A DNA stretch of 61,731 nt, the filler included, from Nemertoderma westbladi (Eukaryota; Animalia; Xenacoelomorpha), in NCBI GenBank assembly GCA_032718475.1. It is 3 parts of 3 records of this genome, joined end to end, with 100 filler letters (N's around TTAATTAATTAA, not from the genome) between each part and the next. Parts side by side here need not be neighbours in the genome. Positions count along the whole stretch, not along the records: positions 1 to 24,936 come from JAUCBJ010007405.1; 2 more parts are not named here. The stretch is one strand, 5' to 3'. Below, in pieces: positions 1 through 10,756 of the stretch. A program made the position numbers and the translations under genes. Positions within the stretch are counted from its first letter, which is position 1, and each line of letters opens with the position of its first letter. Under the pieces are notes generated by a model that was not told where the DNA came from, did no database searches, and saw only the letters and a list, made by a program, of their open reading frames with translations.

Positions 1-1
1 T

Positions 2-705
2 GTACATGGGTGCATAGACGGTTTTAGTAGAAAAGTATTATGGCTAACGGTACTACGGTCTAACAACTCTCCGGATGTCATTGCATCCTTGTATCTTACA
101 GCGATAGAAAAATTTGGCTATCCGAAAAAACTCATAAGTGATTTAGGAACGGAGAATGGTATTTCCGCTGGTATACAATCATATCTAAGACAAGAAATGG
201 ACTCACATAGGTACGTGACCTCACAGCGCAACCAGAGAATTGAGGCATGGTGGTCTCAGTTTTCAAAAAGTCGGTCGTCTTGGTGGCGCAACTACGGTAC
301 TTTGGGTCCATAGAGTCTGATAATACGATTGATTTAACTTGCGATCTGTCGAAAGAATGCCTATGGTATTGCTTTTCGGGACTGATTCAACAAGATTTAG
401 ATTATGTAAAGTTCCATTGGAACACCCACTTTATCCGTAAGTCACAATACAGCAAGGTGAATGGCCGACCGGACAGCCTTTACTTTCTATCAGACTCTAA
501 CTTTGGAACAGAAATTTCACAAGACGATCTGCAGTACTTGAAGACGAATGTGGTGAATCATAGTGTGGCTTCTATATATCAAGAGTACTTTGAAGACACA
601 GCTAATGCTTTAGGTCTACATTTTCCTGAGAATGCAGCCACAGCTCTCCGCAATTATGAGACTCTTATGAACGTCGCTAAGTGGGGTCTGCCAATACGCC
701 AGTAA
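2..705 (+). pseudogene. C-terminal part of an IS3/integrase-core DDE transposase, frameshifted near 293-299
   Basis: Frame 2 reads VHGCIDGFSRKVLWL...SDLGTENG...NQRIEAWWSQF. After a 5-nt insertion the frame continues FGSIES...LWYCFSGLIQQDLD..HWNTHFIRKS...GRPDSLY. Confidence 0.8.
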
Positions 706-837
706 CGGGATGCTTAAAAATTAAAAACTACTTATAAATGTCAATAAATTAATATACATTGTTATTTGGATATGTATATGTTCAGTTTAATATAATTCTG
801 TTTATTAGAAATTTATACCTAGGTGGTGTTCCCCCGT

Positions 838-970
838 CCAGATAGGGGGTGGGGGGGGGGGGGGGGGGGGAACTAAACGCAATAAAAATTCAACCTCTCC
901 AGGGGAAATTCGACGCAAATAACAGATGATTACTCTCAAAAATAAACTGTAACCTGTTCTATTGTGTTTA
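838..970 (+). repeat. Dispersed repeat (poly-G followed by ...CTCTCCAGGGGAAATTCGACGCAAATAA...)
   Basis: Near-identical copy at ~21558-21695 and a partial copy at ~14417-14482. Confidence 0.75.
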
Positions 971-1652
971 GTTTATCGTTTTGGGTAAAATATCGTGCCA
1001 CTGTAACCTGCTCCTTTCCCTATATTGAGAAGCGGGTTTTGCGTCCAGCCCCCCCCCCCCCCCTGTCTCCCACTGGTAATCAATTTTGCATTTGAATTTT
1101 ACCCCCCCCCCCCCCCCATCTGAAAACCTGGACCCATGTGAACAATCCCAGAGTGCCCATGCAGAGAGGACACGGGCCGGGTCAGCCCGTGGGCCGGGCT
1201 TGGGACGCATAATATTGGAAAGCCCGCTATTGTTGAATAATTTTCACAAAATAAAATTAAATATATAGTTGATTTTCATGTAACTAGGTTTGTTTCATGA
1301 TTTATTTTTGTCTTTGTTTAACTTTGTAATGTACCTACAAAGAGCTTTTATACCATCTGGCTCCTATATGGCTTGCGTGAAATAGTTACAGCAACCCCCC
1401 TCCCCCCCCCCCCCCCCCCGCGCTAAAATAAAATACATGTCAGTCTGTCATTGGTAACAGTAACAGTCTCATATACTGGATATTATGTTTCCTATCAGGA
1501 CATTTATGATTAATAGTGATTATTAACAATTAAACAATTATAAAAAACAACAATTTAGAAACAAATTTTCTAAAAATTTAACTAAACGGTAAAATAATGT
1601 TTAACAAAATCTAAAACTTTTCTAAAGCATATAAAAGCTTACATTTAAAAAT

Positions 1653-3677
1653 TCAGGGCCGGCCGAAGGTTTGACCTTTACAATAAGCTAACAAAAATAT
1701 GCGATCAAATTCATATTGCGCAGACATATGAACAACAGGAAATGTGATTTGGCGGCTACAAGCAGAAACTATGGGAAAACAAACACTATGAGCAGGATTT
1801 CGTTCTAAACATTCATGATCAAAGAATATGGATACTGTAAAGGGATCATTATTCAGTGGCTTATGTCTCTGCCCAGTTAGCCAACCAAGTAAACCCGCGG
1901 GAGTAAGATCAGCAGTAACCGTCTGCAAATTATCATCATCGCCCATAATAACTTCGCTATCGGCATCTTTAAACTTTTTGTCTTCTAGGTTAAGCACAAA
2001 ATCCTGGAAGTTATCCATAATTGATTCCTCATCACGCTTACGTCGCGAAATATCAGAGTAATTTGGTTCCACTATCGAAAGAATATAATTAGCGTCAATA
2101 TCAGTGTAGCTACCATCATGAGGTATTACAAACAGGCATCTACATAACTCTATGTTTGTTTGAATAATAGACTTGAATCCGTACAAATCTAAACCTTTGA
2201 CAAATTCTTCTAAGTACAGGCGCCTCCTCGATAATAAACTTATGGATATTGTATCCTTTATCGCTATCAAGTTATTTTGGTTAATTATCCCAGTATACCC
2301 ATGCTCTCTCACCAAATCGCCACAATCATCAGGAAAATCTTCAATATTTTTAAGAAGATCATTATCGATAGGGGATAATAATTTGGCTCTATCAAATGAC
2401 TTTATGTTACAGTTGGCACTATCGAGTAGGTCATAACAAGAACCATGCAGAAACTTGGGTGCGGGGCCACCTTGAACCAAACTCGTTGCAACAATTTCAC
2501 CAGCAGCTTCAAAATTTCCATTCTGCACATTCAGCATAGAGTCCACCGGCACTCCGTTCGGAAACAAATGTTTTCCCAATTCGGCAATAGTATGCGCTAA
2601 AAATTCTTTGGCAATGGCGCCGCTGTCAATACCATCTTCGCCAATCATCTTGACAGTCAAGCGTTGTTTTGCGGGGTTTTTTATTCTTTCACGTTTCCAC
2701 AACTCTAATATCCGATAAACTGGAGACCCCCGCCGTAGCACTAAATAGAATTGGCTAGAGTTATCAACTACAGTCGAGATAGAGGATAACAGTTGCGGTA
2801 TGCTCTCATACAGGGGTATGTGTGCTGGCAAAGCGTTCTCCATTAACAAAAAATGTAATTGGTCATCCAGACTTGGACTATTATCAACTGTCTCTAGAAC
2901 AAGATTGGAAATTTCATCACGACCCCTTAAATCGATTACCGGTATTTCAGGTATGTTGTTCGATTCATTAGATATTGGGGCAATCATTTCAATTTCATTA
3001 AATAGCGGCTCAAGATTCTCTTTCCCATCGTCTAAATCAGACAGGTCGAGTATTCTATTTTTACAACGTTTACGCGGTGGTGAACTATCACTGTCTGTAT
3101 CACCATTAGAGGGCTGCTGGGACTTTGCTAAATCGTCATCGGTACAAAGATAAAGGACTATGCGCTTATACTGCTTGCCAATATTGTTCTTGAACGATTT
3201 CAAAATAAAGGGGGTTGATGTTCCTGGAATAATTTTCGATATTTCGCCATTGTCTAAGCACAGGCAATAAATCTTCCTTGAGTTAAAACAGTTTGGATTA
3301 TAGACTTTCCACTTTTCTAATGCTTTACTAAGTATCTCTTCATATCCATCCGATTCCGACACCCGCAAAGGTAGTCGTTTACCTCGTTTCGGTTTTAACT
3401 GTTCTGACATATCACACCACTCAAATAAACCAATTGTGATAACTACATCGGAAGACGGCTTTGGCTTAGAAACAGTTTGTTTCCATTGCTTACCCTTTGC
3501 AGTCACATAATCATTTAATGACAGCACATGGGCTGGTCTTGGCGTAACGTTTTCACCACTAATACTCGAAGGATTATTAATAGCTGTACTCGGGGAATCA
3601 TAGTTCACGGGTGAACCACAGGATTTACAAAACATGTCTCCATCAACAAGATACTTTCCGCATTTCGTACAAAACAT
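1653..3677 (-). CDS. 674-aa intronless protein: N-terminal zinc ribbon plus C-terminal HECT-like (G2E3-like) E3 ubiquitin ligase domain
   Basis: CTKC..CKSC at the N-terminus. HECT-type motifs GEDGIDSGAIAKEF, AGEIVATSLVQGGPAPKFL, LEEFVKGL, LLGWLTG and FPIVSAC (candidate catalytic Cys), with Phe at position -4 (TFGRP*). Confidence 0.8.
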   Translation of the reverse strand: MFCTKCGKYLVDGDMFCKSCGSPVNYDSPSTAINNPSSISGENVTPRPAHVLSLNDYVTAKGKQWKQTVSKPKPSSDVVITIGLFEWCDMSEQLKPKRGKRLPLRVSESDGYEEILSKALEKWKVYNPNCFNSRKIYCLCLDNGEISKIIPGTSTPFILKSFKNNIGKQYKRIVLYLCTDDDLAKSQQPSNGDTDSDSSPPRKRCKNRILDLSDLDDGKENLEPLFNEIEMIAPISNESNNIPEIPVIDLRGRDEISNLVLETVDNSPSLDDQLHFLLMENALPAHIPLYESIPQLLSSISTVVDNSSQFYLVLRRGSPVYRILELWKRERIKNPAKQRLTVKMIGEDGIDSGAIAKEFLAHTIAELGKHLFPNGVPVDSMLNVQNGNFEAAGEIVATSLVQGGPAPKFLHGSCYDLLDSANCNIKSFDRAKLLSPIDNDLLKNIEDFPDDCGDLVREHGYTGIINQNNLIAIKDTISISLLSRRRLYLEEFVKGLDLYGFKSIIQTNIELCRCLFVIPHDGSYTDIDANYILSIVEPNYSDISRRKRDEESIMDNFQDFVLNLEDKKFKDADSEVIMGDDDNLQTVTADLTPAGLLGWLTGQRHKPLNNDPFTVSIFFDHECLERNPAHSVCFPIVSACSRQITFPVVHMSAQYEFDRIFLLAYCKGQTFGRP

Positions 3678-4321
3678 TTTCCTTCATTTACAAGGAAAGC
3701 AAGAATACAAGGAAGAACAGCTTAACATGTTAACAGTAACAGTCCTATATCTAGGCCTAGGTACCATACCTAATCATTACCGAATTATGTCTAACCTAAC
3801 TGTATTACAGTACTGCAGTATTAACCAAACAGACTTAATACCTACTACTGTACTATAGTTACAGTAGGCTACTCCAGCACTCTGCTGCTCTGGTACGTAC
3901 TAGAGCGCAGTCCGCTCCGTTACTACCTATTTTCTAATCCCTAATCAATCTATCAATACAGGTTCCGGCATCCAACAGTTCAAGCAAGATGATAGGGCTG
4001 TAAGGGCCTAATCCAGTAATCTCTGAATCTAGTTCATAGTTAGCTCTGTCATCTGTATGTCTGTAGCTACATATAGTCATGGTACACTGGTACTGGTACA
4101 TGTCAAGGTACATGTAGGCCTAGTCCTTAGATACTGGGATATTACCGAACCGGTACCGGTGAGTACATCAGTACTCTATACTGCAGTACGTAATGAGGTA
4201 CCGGTATCGCAGTATCTACAGGGTTACAGCTTAATTAATGTAACTCCACAACATGCAACTCTCTGACTTTTACAGCTTTCTGACTTCAACTTTCTGACTA
4301 ATACTTTTTTATATTTTAATT

Positions 4322-4652
4322 TCTGCACTGGCTTCTTTGTATTTTGCCCTGCTCTTTGTTTTCTGCCCTGGCTTCTTTGTATTTTGCCCTGCTCTTTGTT
4401 TTCTGCCCTGGCTTCTTTGTATTTTGCCCTGCTCTTTGTTTTCTGCCCTGGCTTCTTTGTATTTTGCCCTGCTCTTTGTTTTCTGCCCTGGCTTCTTTGT
4501 ATTTTGCCCTGCTCTTTGTTTTCTGCCCTGGCTTCTTTGTATTTTGCCCTGCTCTTTGTTTTCTGCCCTGGCTTCTTTTTATTTTGCCCTGCTCTTTGTT
4601 TTCTGCCCTGGCTTCTTTTTATTTTGCCCTGCTCTTTTATTTCCTGCCCTGG
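4322..4652. repeat. 40-bp subterminal tandem repeat, ~8 copies
   Basis: Unit TTCTGCCCTGGCTTCTTTGTATTTTGCCCTGCTCTTTGTT, next to the transposon terminus. Confidence 0.95.
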
Positions 4653-4670
4653 CAGTTGTGGGCCACCGTA

Positions 4671-5463
4671 CCCCAGTTACAGAATTTAGAATATAAATCA
4701 ACCCGGTGTTCCACCCAACAGCAGCGATTCTGGATCCGTTCGGACTCAATACGATCCCCCGGACCTCAGGAGTTGCTTCCTGTCTCCACAAGGTCTCCCC
4801 TGTACCAACAACGAAGCGATGGATCCCACCTCCCTCATCTACCGACACCACTGACTCCCCATCCGGACCCCAACCCAGACTGTAGACCCCCCCACTGTGC
4901 CCCCGGTATTGGTACAAAGGCTCCTGGGTTCCGGTCACCCAAACTTTTACTGTTCTATCCCGCGAACAGCTGGCCAACCGGGACCCATTTGAGTCGAACC
5001 GAATACATTTAACCGACCCAGAATGCCCCTCCCAGTTCGTAACCTTATAGTTCCTACCAGTTATTGATATAATAGAAATCCCCCCGTCGTACCCACAAGT
5101 TGCAATGACGTCCCGGTTGGAGGGATTTATATCTATTCCCAACCTACCTTCATACTCCCCCCCCACCAACCACGAACTCCTCCCCCGGTACCTCCACTAC
5201 GACCCTCCAACCGGTCGCTTCCCGCTCCCAGACAGTCACCGACCCCGCCACCCAGGTTCCCGAGGCAACGCGGTTCCCGTCCGAAGAAACCGCGACTCTC
5301 CAGTAATCGTTAGAACCTCCGGATCGCGGTAGATCTTCCTTTTCGTAGAGAGTTGTTGAGTTTATGATACAGGCGAGGTAGCCAGACACAAAGACAACCT
5401 CCTCGGTACCCGGGATCATTTTGAGTTCCGTGATCGGCTCCATTGTTAGGGGGATTATTGAAT
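4671..5463 (-). pseudogene. WD40-repeat protein coding exon, truncated by the transposon at 4670 and frameshifted in a C8 run (5157-5164)
   Basis: WD motifs VAVSSDGNRVASG, IATCGYDG, EGHSGSVKCIRFDSNGSRLASCSRDRTVKVW, RGHSGGVYSLGWGPDG. A splice acceptor ttttatcttttag at 5464-5465 is followed by open frame into the ATG at 5443. Confidence 0.8.
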
Positions 5464-6258
5464 CTAAAAGATAAAATAAAGTAAATTGCCGCTAAATTGC
5501 TAAAGTACTAATAAGTATTACAGCGCTAGTAATTGTTATTAGATAGTCAGCGTAGCCAGTAATTATTTACTAGCTGTTTTTATTTATTCGGTTTGTATAA
5601 ACGATCAATATAATATTTAATTTATTTTTAATGTTACAGTAAAACAAAGTGTTCTAGAACCTTAATTGATAACGAACTTGTTCTAGGAGATTAAAAAGTA
5701 GCGACAACTAGTTAGTTTAAATAATTTATGTTTTTTTTAAATAAAATGTTCTAGAACAAAATAAATATGTTCTAGAACATGAATATTGAACATCCAGTAT
5801 TTGTGCTACATACCGTAGTTAGTATAAGGTTTGGTATTTAATAAATATACGGAAGAAAACCTTTTCAAACTAAAATTTATTTAGTTTATTTTGCAGGAAT
5901 AACAAACCGACATAAAAAGGTTCCGCTACGCTACAGTCGGCTCCGCGGACCTCCGCTGCGCTCCACTCCAGCCCTCTCTCTGGCGGGATTGTATTTATCG
6001 GGCGGGATTCCCCGCACCTCCCGACTTTATGGGGGATTGTTTTACTTGTTAGTTTAAGGTTTATTGTTTGTGGTCGACTGGCTTGGGTTACATTGATGGT
6101 TTCTAGAATGTCAGATTGTCTATTTACCGGTTCTACTTCGCCCTGTCGACACCCCCTGCCATTATTTAACCATTAATTTGTTGGTGAATGTTCTAGAACA
6201 TTAGTAGGTATTTTTGCAAGGTAGGGTAGATAGTATATATATTATAAAAATACAAAAT

Positions 6259-6722
6259 ATATTTTATTCTTAAATTATTACTTTTTTGCTCGAATATACC
6301 CCAAAATCGGGAGAAAAAGTTTCACTTTTTTCCCTGGGGAAAAAAGTAAAATAAAATATTTTTGTTTGAATTTCTTAAATTTTATTACATGCGTTGAAAG
6401 AGAATCGAAGCAGAAAATGTTTGCAAGTAATTTGACCAAAATCCATTCAAACACTCAAAAGTTATTGCAACTTTAGTGTCTGAAAGACTAACACCAAAAC
6501 GGAACTCAATATCCATTATTTTGTAACGCTATATGTTTTATTAAAGAATTAAGCAACAACAAAACTAAGAATATAATTACGTATTACATGGGAAAAAAGT
6601 GGAACATTTTTTTCCAATATTCTCTCGACCCTTTATTAACCTCGCTGACGCTCGGTAAATAAAATGCCTCGAGAATAGTGAAAAAAAGTTCTACTTTTTC
6701 TCCCATGTAATAAATAATTATT
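6259..6722 (+). mobile_element. Non-autonomous element with terminal hairpin (copy 1)
   Basis: Shares start and end boundaries with copy 2 (~23265-23912). The 3' ~130 bp form an imperfect palindrome centred on CCTCGCTGACGCTCGG. Confidence 0.7.
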
Positions 6723-7129
6723 ATTTGTTGTATACAAGTCACTTTTTAGTCAAAGTCGTTTATCAAGTTTAACATAAAAATAGCACTTTTTCTGCCAACA
6801 CAAAAAGTAATGTTTCCATGACATTAATTATAATATTGCATTTAAATAGATAATAGATTAAATATCTAATATCTATAATAATAGCTAGTTTTTGCTAATT
6901 TTTTTATAAATGTTCTAGAACAAGTGTTGGTTATCAATTTTGATAAATATTTTTGTTCTTGAACACATTTTTTTTTCTAGAACATTTTTTTGGAAAAAAA
7001 ATACCTTACTACTGTCAGAAGGTCAAATATTTGTTCTAGAATAAAAACCTCATGATAAAGGCCTATTTATATGAAAAAAATAGGTTAAACTACGGGTACC
7101 CAGGGTGTTATAGTAATGCCCGTGCCGTA

Positions 7130-7437
7130 TTTAACTATGGAAGAAGCTTCGGTGGACGATATTTATGCTGAAATAGGTCCAGATAAAAGTGAGAGAAGAC
7201 TTACAAAAAATAAAACGACGTAAGTGGTGGAAAAAAGTAACATTTTTTGCCTTGTTTTGCTTTCTTATTTGTCTCGCTAAGCTCGCCAAATAATATCGCG
7301 CGCCAAAAAAAGCCAACTTTTTTTGCCACCACTTGCACATTTGTAGATTTTAGAGGGAGGGGTCAATATGACCCCCCCCCCCCCCCCCCCCCCCACCCGG
7401 TATTTGTACAGCATTTTATAGCCCGGTACTAATAGGG
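7130..7437 (-). mobile_element. One end of a piggyBac-type non-autonomous element (same family as 31628-33210)
   Basis: TAATAGGG|TTAA at 7430-7441; ~100 bp match to the left end of the 31628 element. Inner boundary is approximate. Confidence 0.7.
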
Positions 7438-8878
7438 TTAAATGGTTACTTACTTTTTTTGTTAACATTATTACACCATAACCCTTAATACAACAACCAT
7501 TTTTAGGGGGTCGGAGCCCCCCCCCCCTAATTTTTTTCAAATTTCAATAAAATGCTACGAAATTTGGTATGATGATAGATCGACACCTTTTCTTACTGGT
7601 GGCCTGGCCGGATTTTTTAATTTATGAGCTATTTCGATACAACAAGCCGTTAAAAATCGTCTATTTCGCAATATTTAGCCACCTCTGTCGGCTTTATTTT
7701 TCGTCTTTGGAATGTTTGGATTGTTTCGATTGCTTGGTAGATAAAACAAATATTACGGTATTACGTTACGGTTTACGGCAAAATATAGAGTAATATTACG
7801 TTACGGTATTGAAAAAGCTATTACGTTACGGAAAAATATTGAGCTACGGTATTCCTGAAAAGATACCGTAACGTAACGTAATAACATCCTTGCCAGGAGT
7901 ATTTAATCATATTCTTTAGAATCATTAGCTAAATAATTTATTTGAGGTGTTGACCTTATAAATTAATATTTCAGTATCAATACTATCGGCATAAGGTAAG
8001 TTTTAATAATTTTTACATATTTGGTTGCCTCCACACCTAAAATATATTACTTTTAAAACACAAATTTCCTGTTAATACCTCTGCCTTTCATTAATCCTCT
8101 GTGCTCCTTTGGTTTGGGGTGCGTGGTGCAGATTAAGAGATTTATTCTTATTGGCAGTTTGATTAAATTTCTTATTTATTTATTTAAATTTCTTAAGTAC
8201 CGATTTTGGGATAGAATTTCTCAATTTGAATCTGTATCTGATAACTGAGCCTCGTGCTACGCGAAGGCCCCACGAACGTGTAATAATCCGTATTTAAAAT
8301 GTTTAGAGCTAATCTGTTTAATGTTTGTGTTTGTATAGGTGTTGTTGGTTGGTTAAGGAGCCTTTATTGTTTCTCGGCGTGTTAATTTGCATAAAATATT
8401 TTCCTGGAATAATGCGACAGTATTTGCAAATTAAATAAAGTCTCATAAATCTAAAATGAAGTAGCTAACTTATAGTGTTGGTGTTGGTAGTTTCAGCTTA
8501 GTATTGGCAAAGATGCACAGGACATGTTAGAACACGTTACCACGTTAGACCATGTTACAGTCAATGTAACTGCAGATGACACCAACAAGGGTGGACCTAC
8601 TAAAAGCTCGACACCCTGTGGACTGGCAATCATGGTGCTGTAACTGTCCCGACAGCCAACTCATTAACAAAACACCATACTGTTAAATATGGTTGTCGTC
8701 GTAATTAATTCATTGGTCTGGCCATCAGTGGAGGATGGTGAAATCGGAAAGCAAGTGGCCCACTGGCGTCGTCCAATTCCTGGTTGTCTGCCTATCATTT
8801 CTTCTACTCGAGGATGAGAAGTCTGCTGCTTGACCTTACCCATTCTGGCACAAACCTTCTACAGAGAAGGCCAGATGG

Positions 8879-10293
8879 TGAATGTCAGACAGGAGAGACC
8901 CAGACTACATCTCCCCAGTTGGCCAGCATCCCAACGCGGCCCTTACAACGCCGGTGAATGTCAGACAGGAGAGACCCAGACTACATCTCTCTAGTTGGCC
9001 AGCATCCCACCGCGGCCCTCACAACCCCGGTAAATGTCGGACAGGAGAGACCCAGACTACATCTCCCCAGTTTGCCAGCATCCCACCACGGCCCTCACAA
9101 CCCCGGTGAATGTCAGACAGGAGAGACCCAGACTACATCTCTCTAGTTTGCCAGCATCCCACCACGGCCCTCACAACCCCGGTGAATGTCAGACAGGAGA
9201 GACCCAGACTACATCTCTCTAGTTGGCCAGCATCCCACCTCGGCCCTCACAACCCCGGTGAATGTCAGACAGGAGAGACCCAGACTACATCTCTCTAGTT
9301 GGCCAGCATCCCACCGCGGCCCTCACAACCCCGGTAAATGTCGGACAGGAGAGACCCAGACTACATCTCCCCAGTTTGCCAGCATCCCACCGCGGCCCTC
9401 ACAACCCCGGTAAATGTCGGACAGGAGAGACCCAGACTACATCTCCCCAGTTTGCCAGCATCCCACCACGGCCCTCACAACCCCGGTGAATGTCAGACAG
9501 GAGAGACCCAGACTACATACCTCTAGTTGGCCAGCATCCCACCTCGGCCCTCACAACCCCGGTCAATGTCAGACAGGAGAGACCCAGACTACATTTCCCC
9601 AGTTGGCTAGCATCTCAACGCGGCCCGTACAACCCCGGTGAATGTCAGACAGGAGAGACCCAGACTACATCCCTCTAGTTGGCCAGCATCCCACCTCGGC
9701 CCCCACAACCCCGGTCAATGTCAGACAGGAGAGACCCAGACTACATCTCCCCAGTTGGCCAGCATCTCAACGCGGCCCGTACAACCCCGGTGAATGTCAG
9801 ACAGAAGAGACCCAGACTACATCTCCCCAGTTGGCCAGCATCCCAAAGCGGCCCTTACAACCCCGGTGAATGTCAGACAGGAGAGACACAGACTACATCT
9901 CCCCAGTAGGCCGGCATCCCACCTCGGCCCTCACAACCTCGGTGAATGTCAGACAGGAGAGACCCAGACTACATCTCCCCAGTTGGCCAGCATCCCACCG
10001 CGGCCCTCACAACCCCGGTGAATGTCAGACAGGAGAGACCCAGACTACATCTCTCCAGTTGGCCAGCATCCCACCTCGGCCCTCAGAACCCCGGTCAATA
10101 TCAGACAGGAGAGACCCAGACTACATCTCCCCAGTTGGCCAGCATCTCAACGCGGCCCGTACAACCCCGGTGAATGTCAGACAGGAGAGATCCAGACTAC
10201 ATCTCCCCAGTAGGCCGGCATCCCACCTCGGCCCTCACAAACCCGGTGAATGTCAGACAGGAGAGACCCAGACTACATCTCCCCAGTTGGCCA
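8879..10293. repeat. 76-bp tandem repeat, ~18.5 copies, with a degenerate remnant at 10673-10755
   Basis: Unit TGAATGTCAGACAGGAGAGACCCAGACTACATCTCCCCAGTTGGCCAGCATCCCACCGCGGCCCTCACAACCCCGG. Confidence 0.95.
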
Positions 10294-10672
10294 TAGTATG
10301 CAGCAAAATTAGCCCGTGAGAAAGCTACGCCCGCATCAAATCTTCGCCTTCAAAATGACCAACTATCATCCGGCTGAAACTTTGCCCGCGGGCAATGATC
10401 GCCCATGAGCAAACATCGCCACTAAACAATGATTTTTTGGTTAGAAAAAGCCGTCTCTGTAACCTGCTACTTTCCTTCAATTGGTAACAACATCGTTTAT
10501 TGTTTTGGTTAGAAAAAGCCGACTCTGTAACCTGTTCCTTTCCCTCAATTGGTAACTGAAATGGTAACTAACACAAATATTATGGGCGAAGGTTGCTGGC
10601 GGGCGAAGATTCCCTTGCGGGCGAAGTTTTCACCGGGCGAAGTTTGGATGCGGGCGAAGGTTGCACCATTCC
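10294..10672. mobile_element. MITE-like foldback insertion with inverted (CTTCGCCC / GGGCGAAG) sub-repeats
   Basis: Interrupts a 76-bp unit; flanked by a TTGGCCA duplication (10287-10293, 10673-10679); contains an internal ~68-bp direct duplication. Confidence 0.6.
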
Positions 10673-10756
10673 TTGGCCAGCATCCCACCTCGGCACTAAC
10701 AAACCTAAGTCAACGACAGACCGGAGAGACCCAGGCTACATCCCCCTAGTGGCCTA

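Larger units (their letters stand above)
1..4670 (+). mobile_element. IS3EU-like DNA transposon; other end lies outside the window
   Basis: Convergent transposase and second ORF. A 40-bp subterminal array ends in ...GGCCACCGTA at 4670 (TACGGTGGCC on minus; TAY..RTA termini as I recall them for IS3EU), exactly where WD40 similarity stops. Confidence 0.7.

Noticed and set aside
4337-5012. Hydrophobic plus-strand ORFs
   Set aside because: Read through the 40-bp subterminal repeat and antisense to the WD40 exon.
8882-10319. Stack of MSDRRDPDY ORFs
   Set aside because: By-product of the 76-bp tandem repeat.
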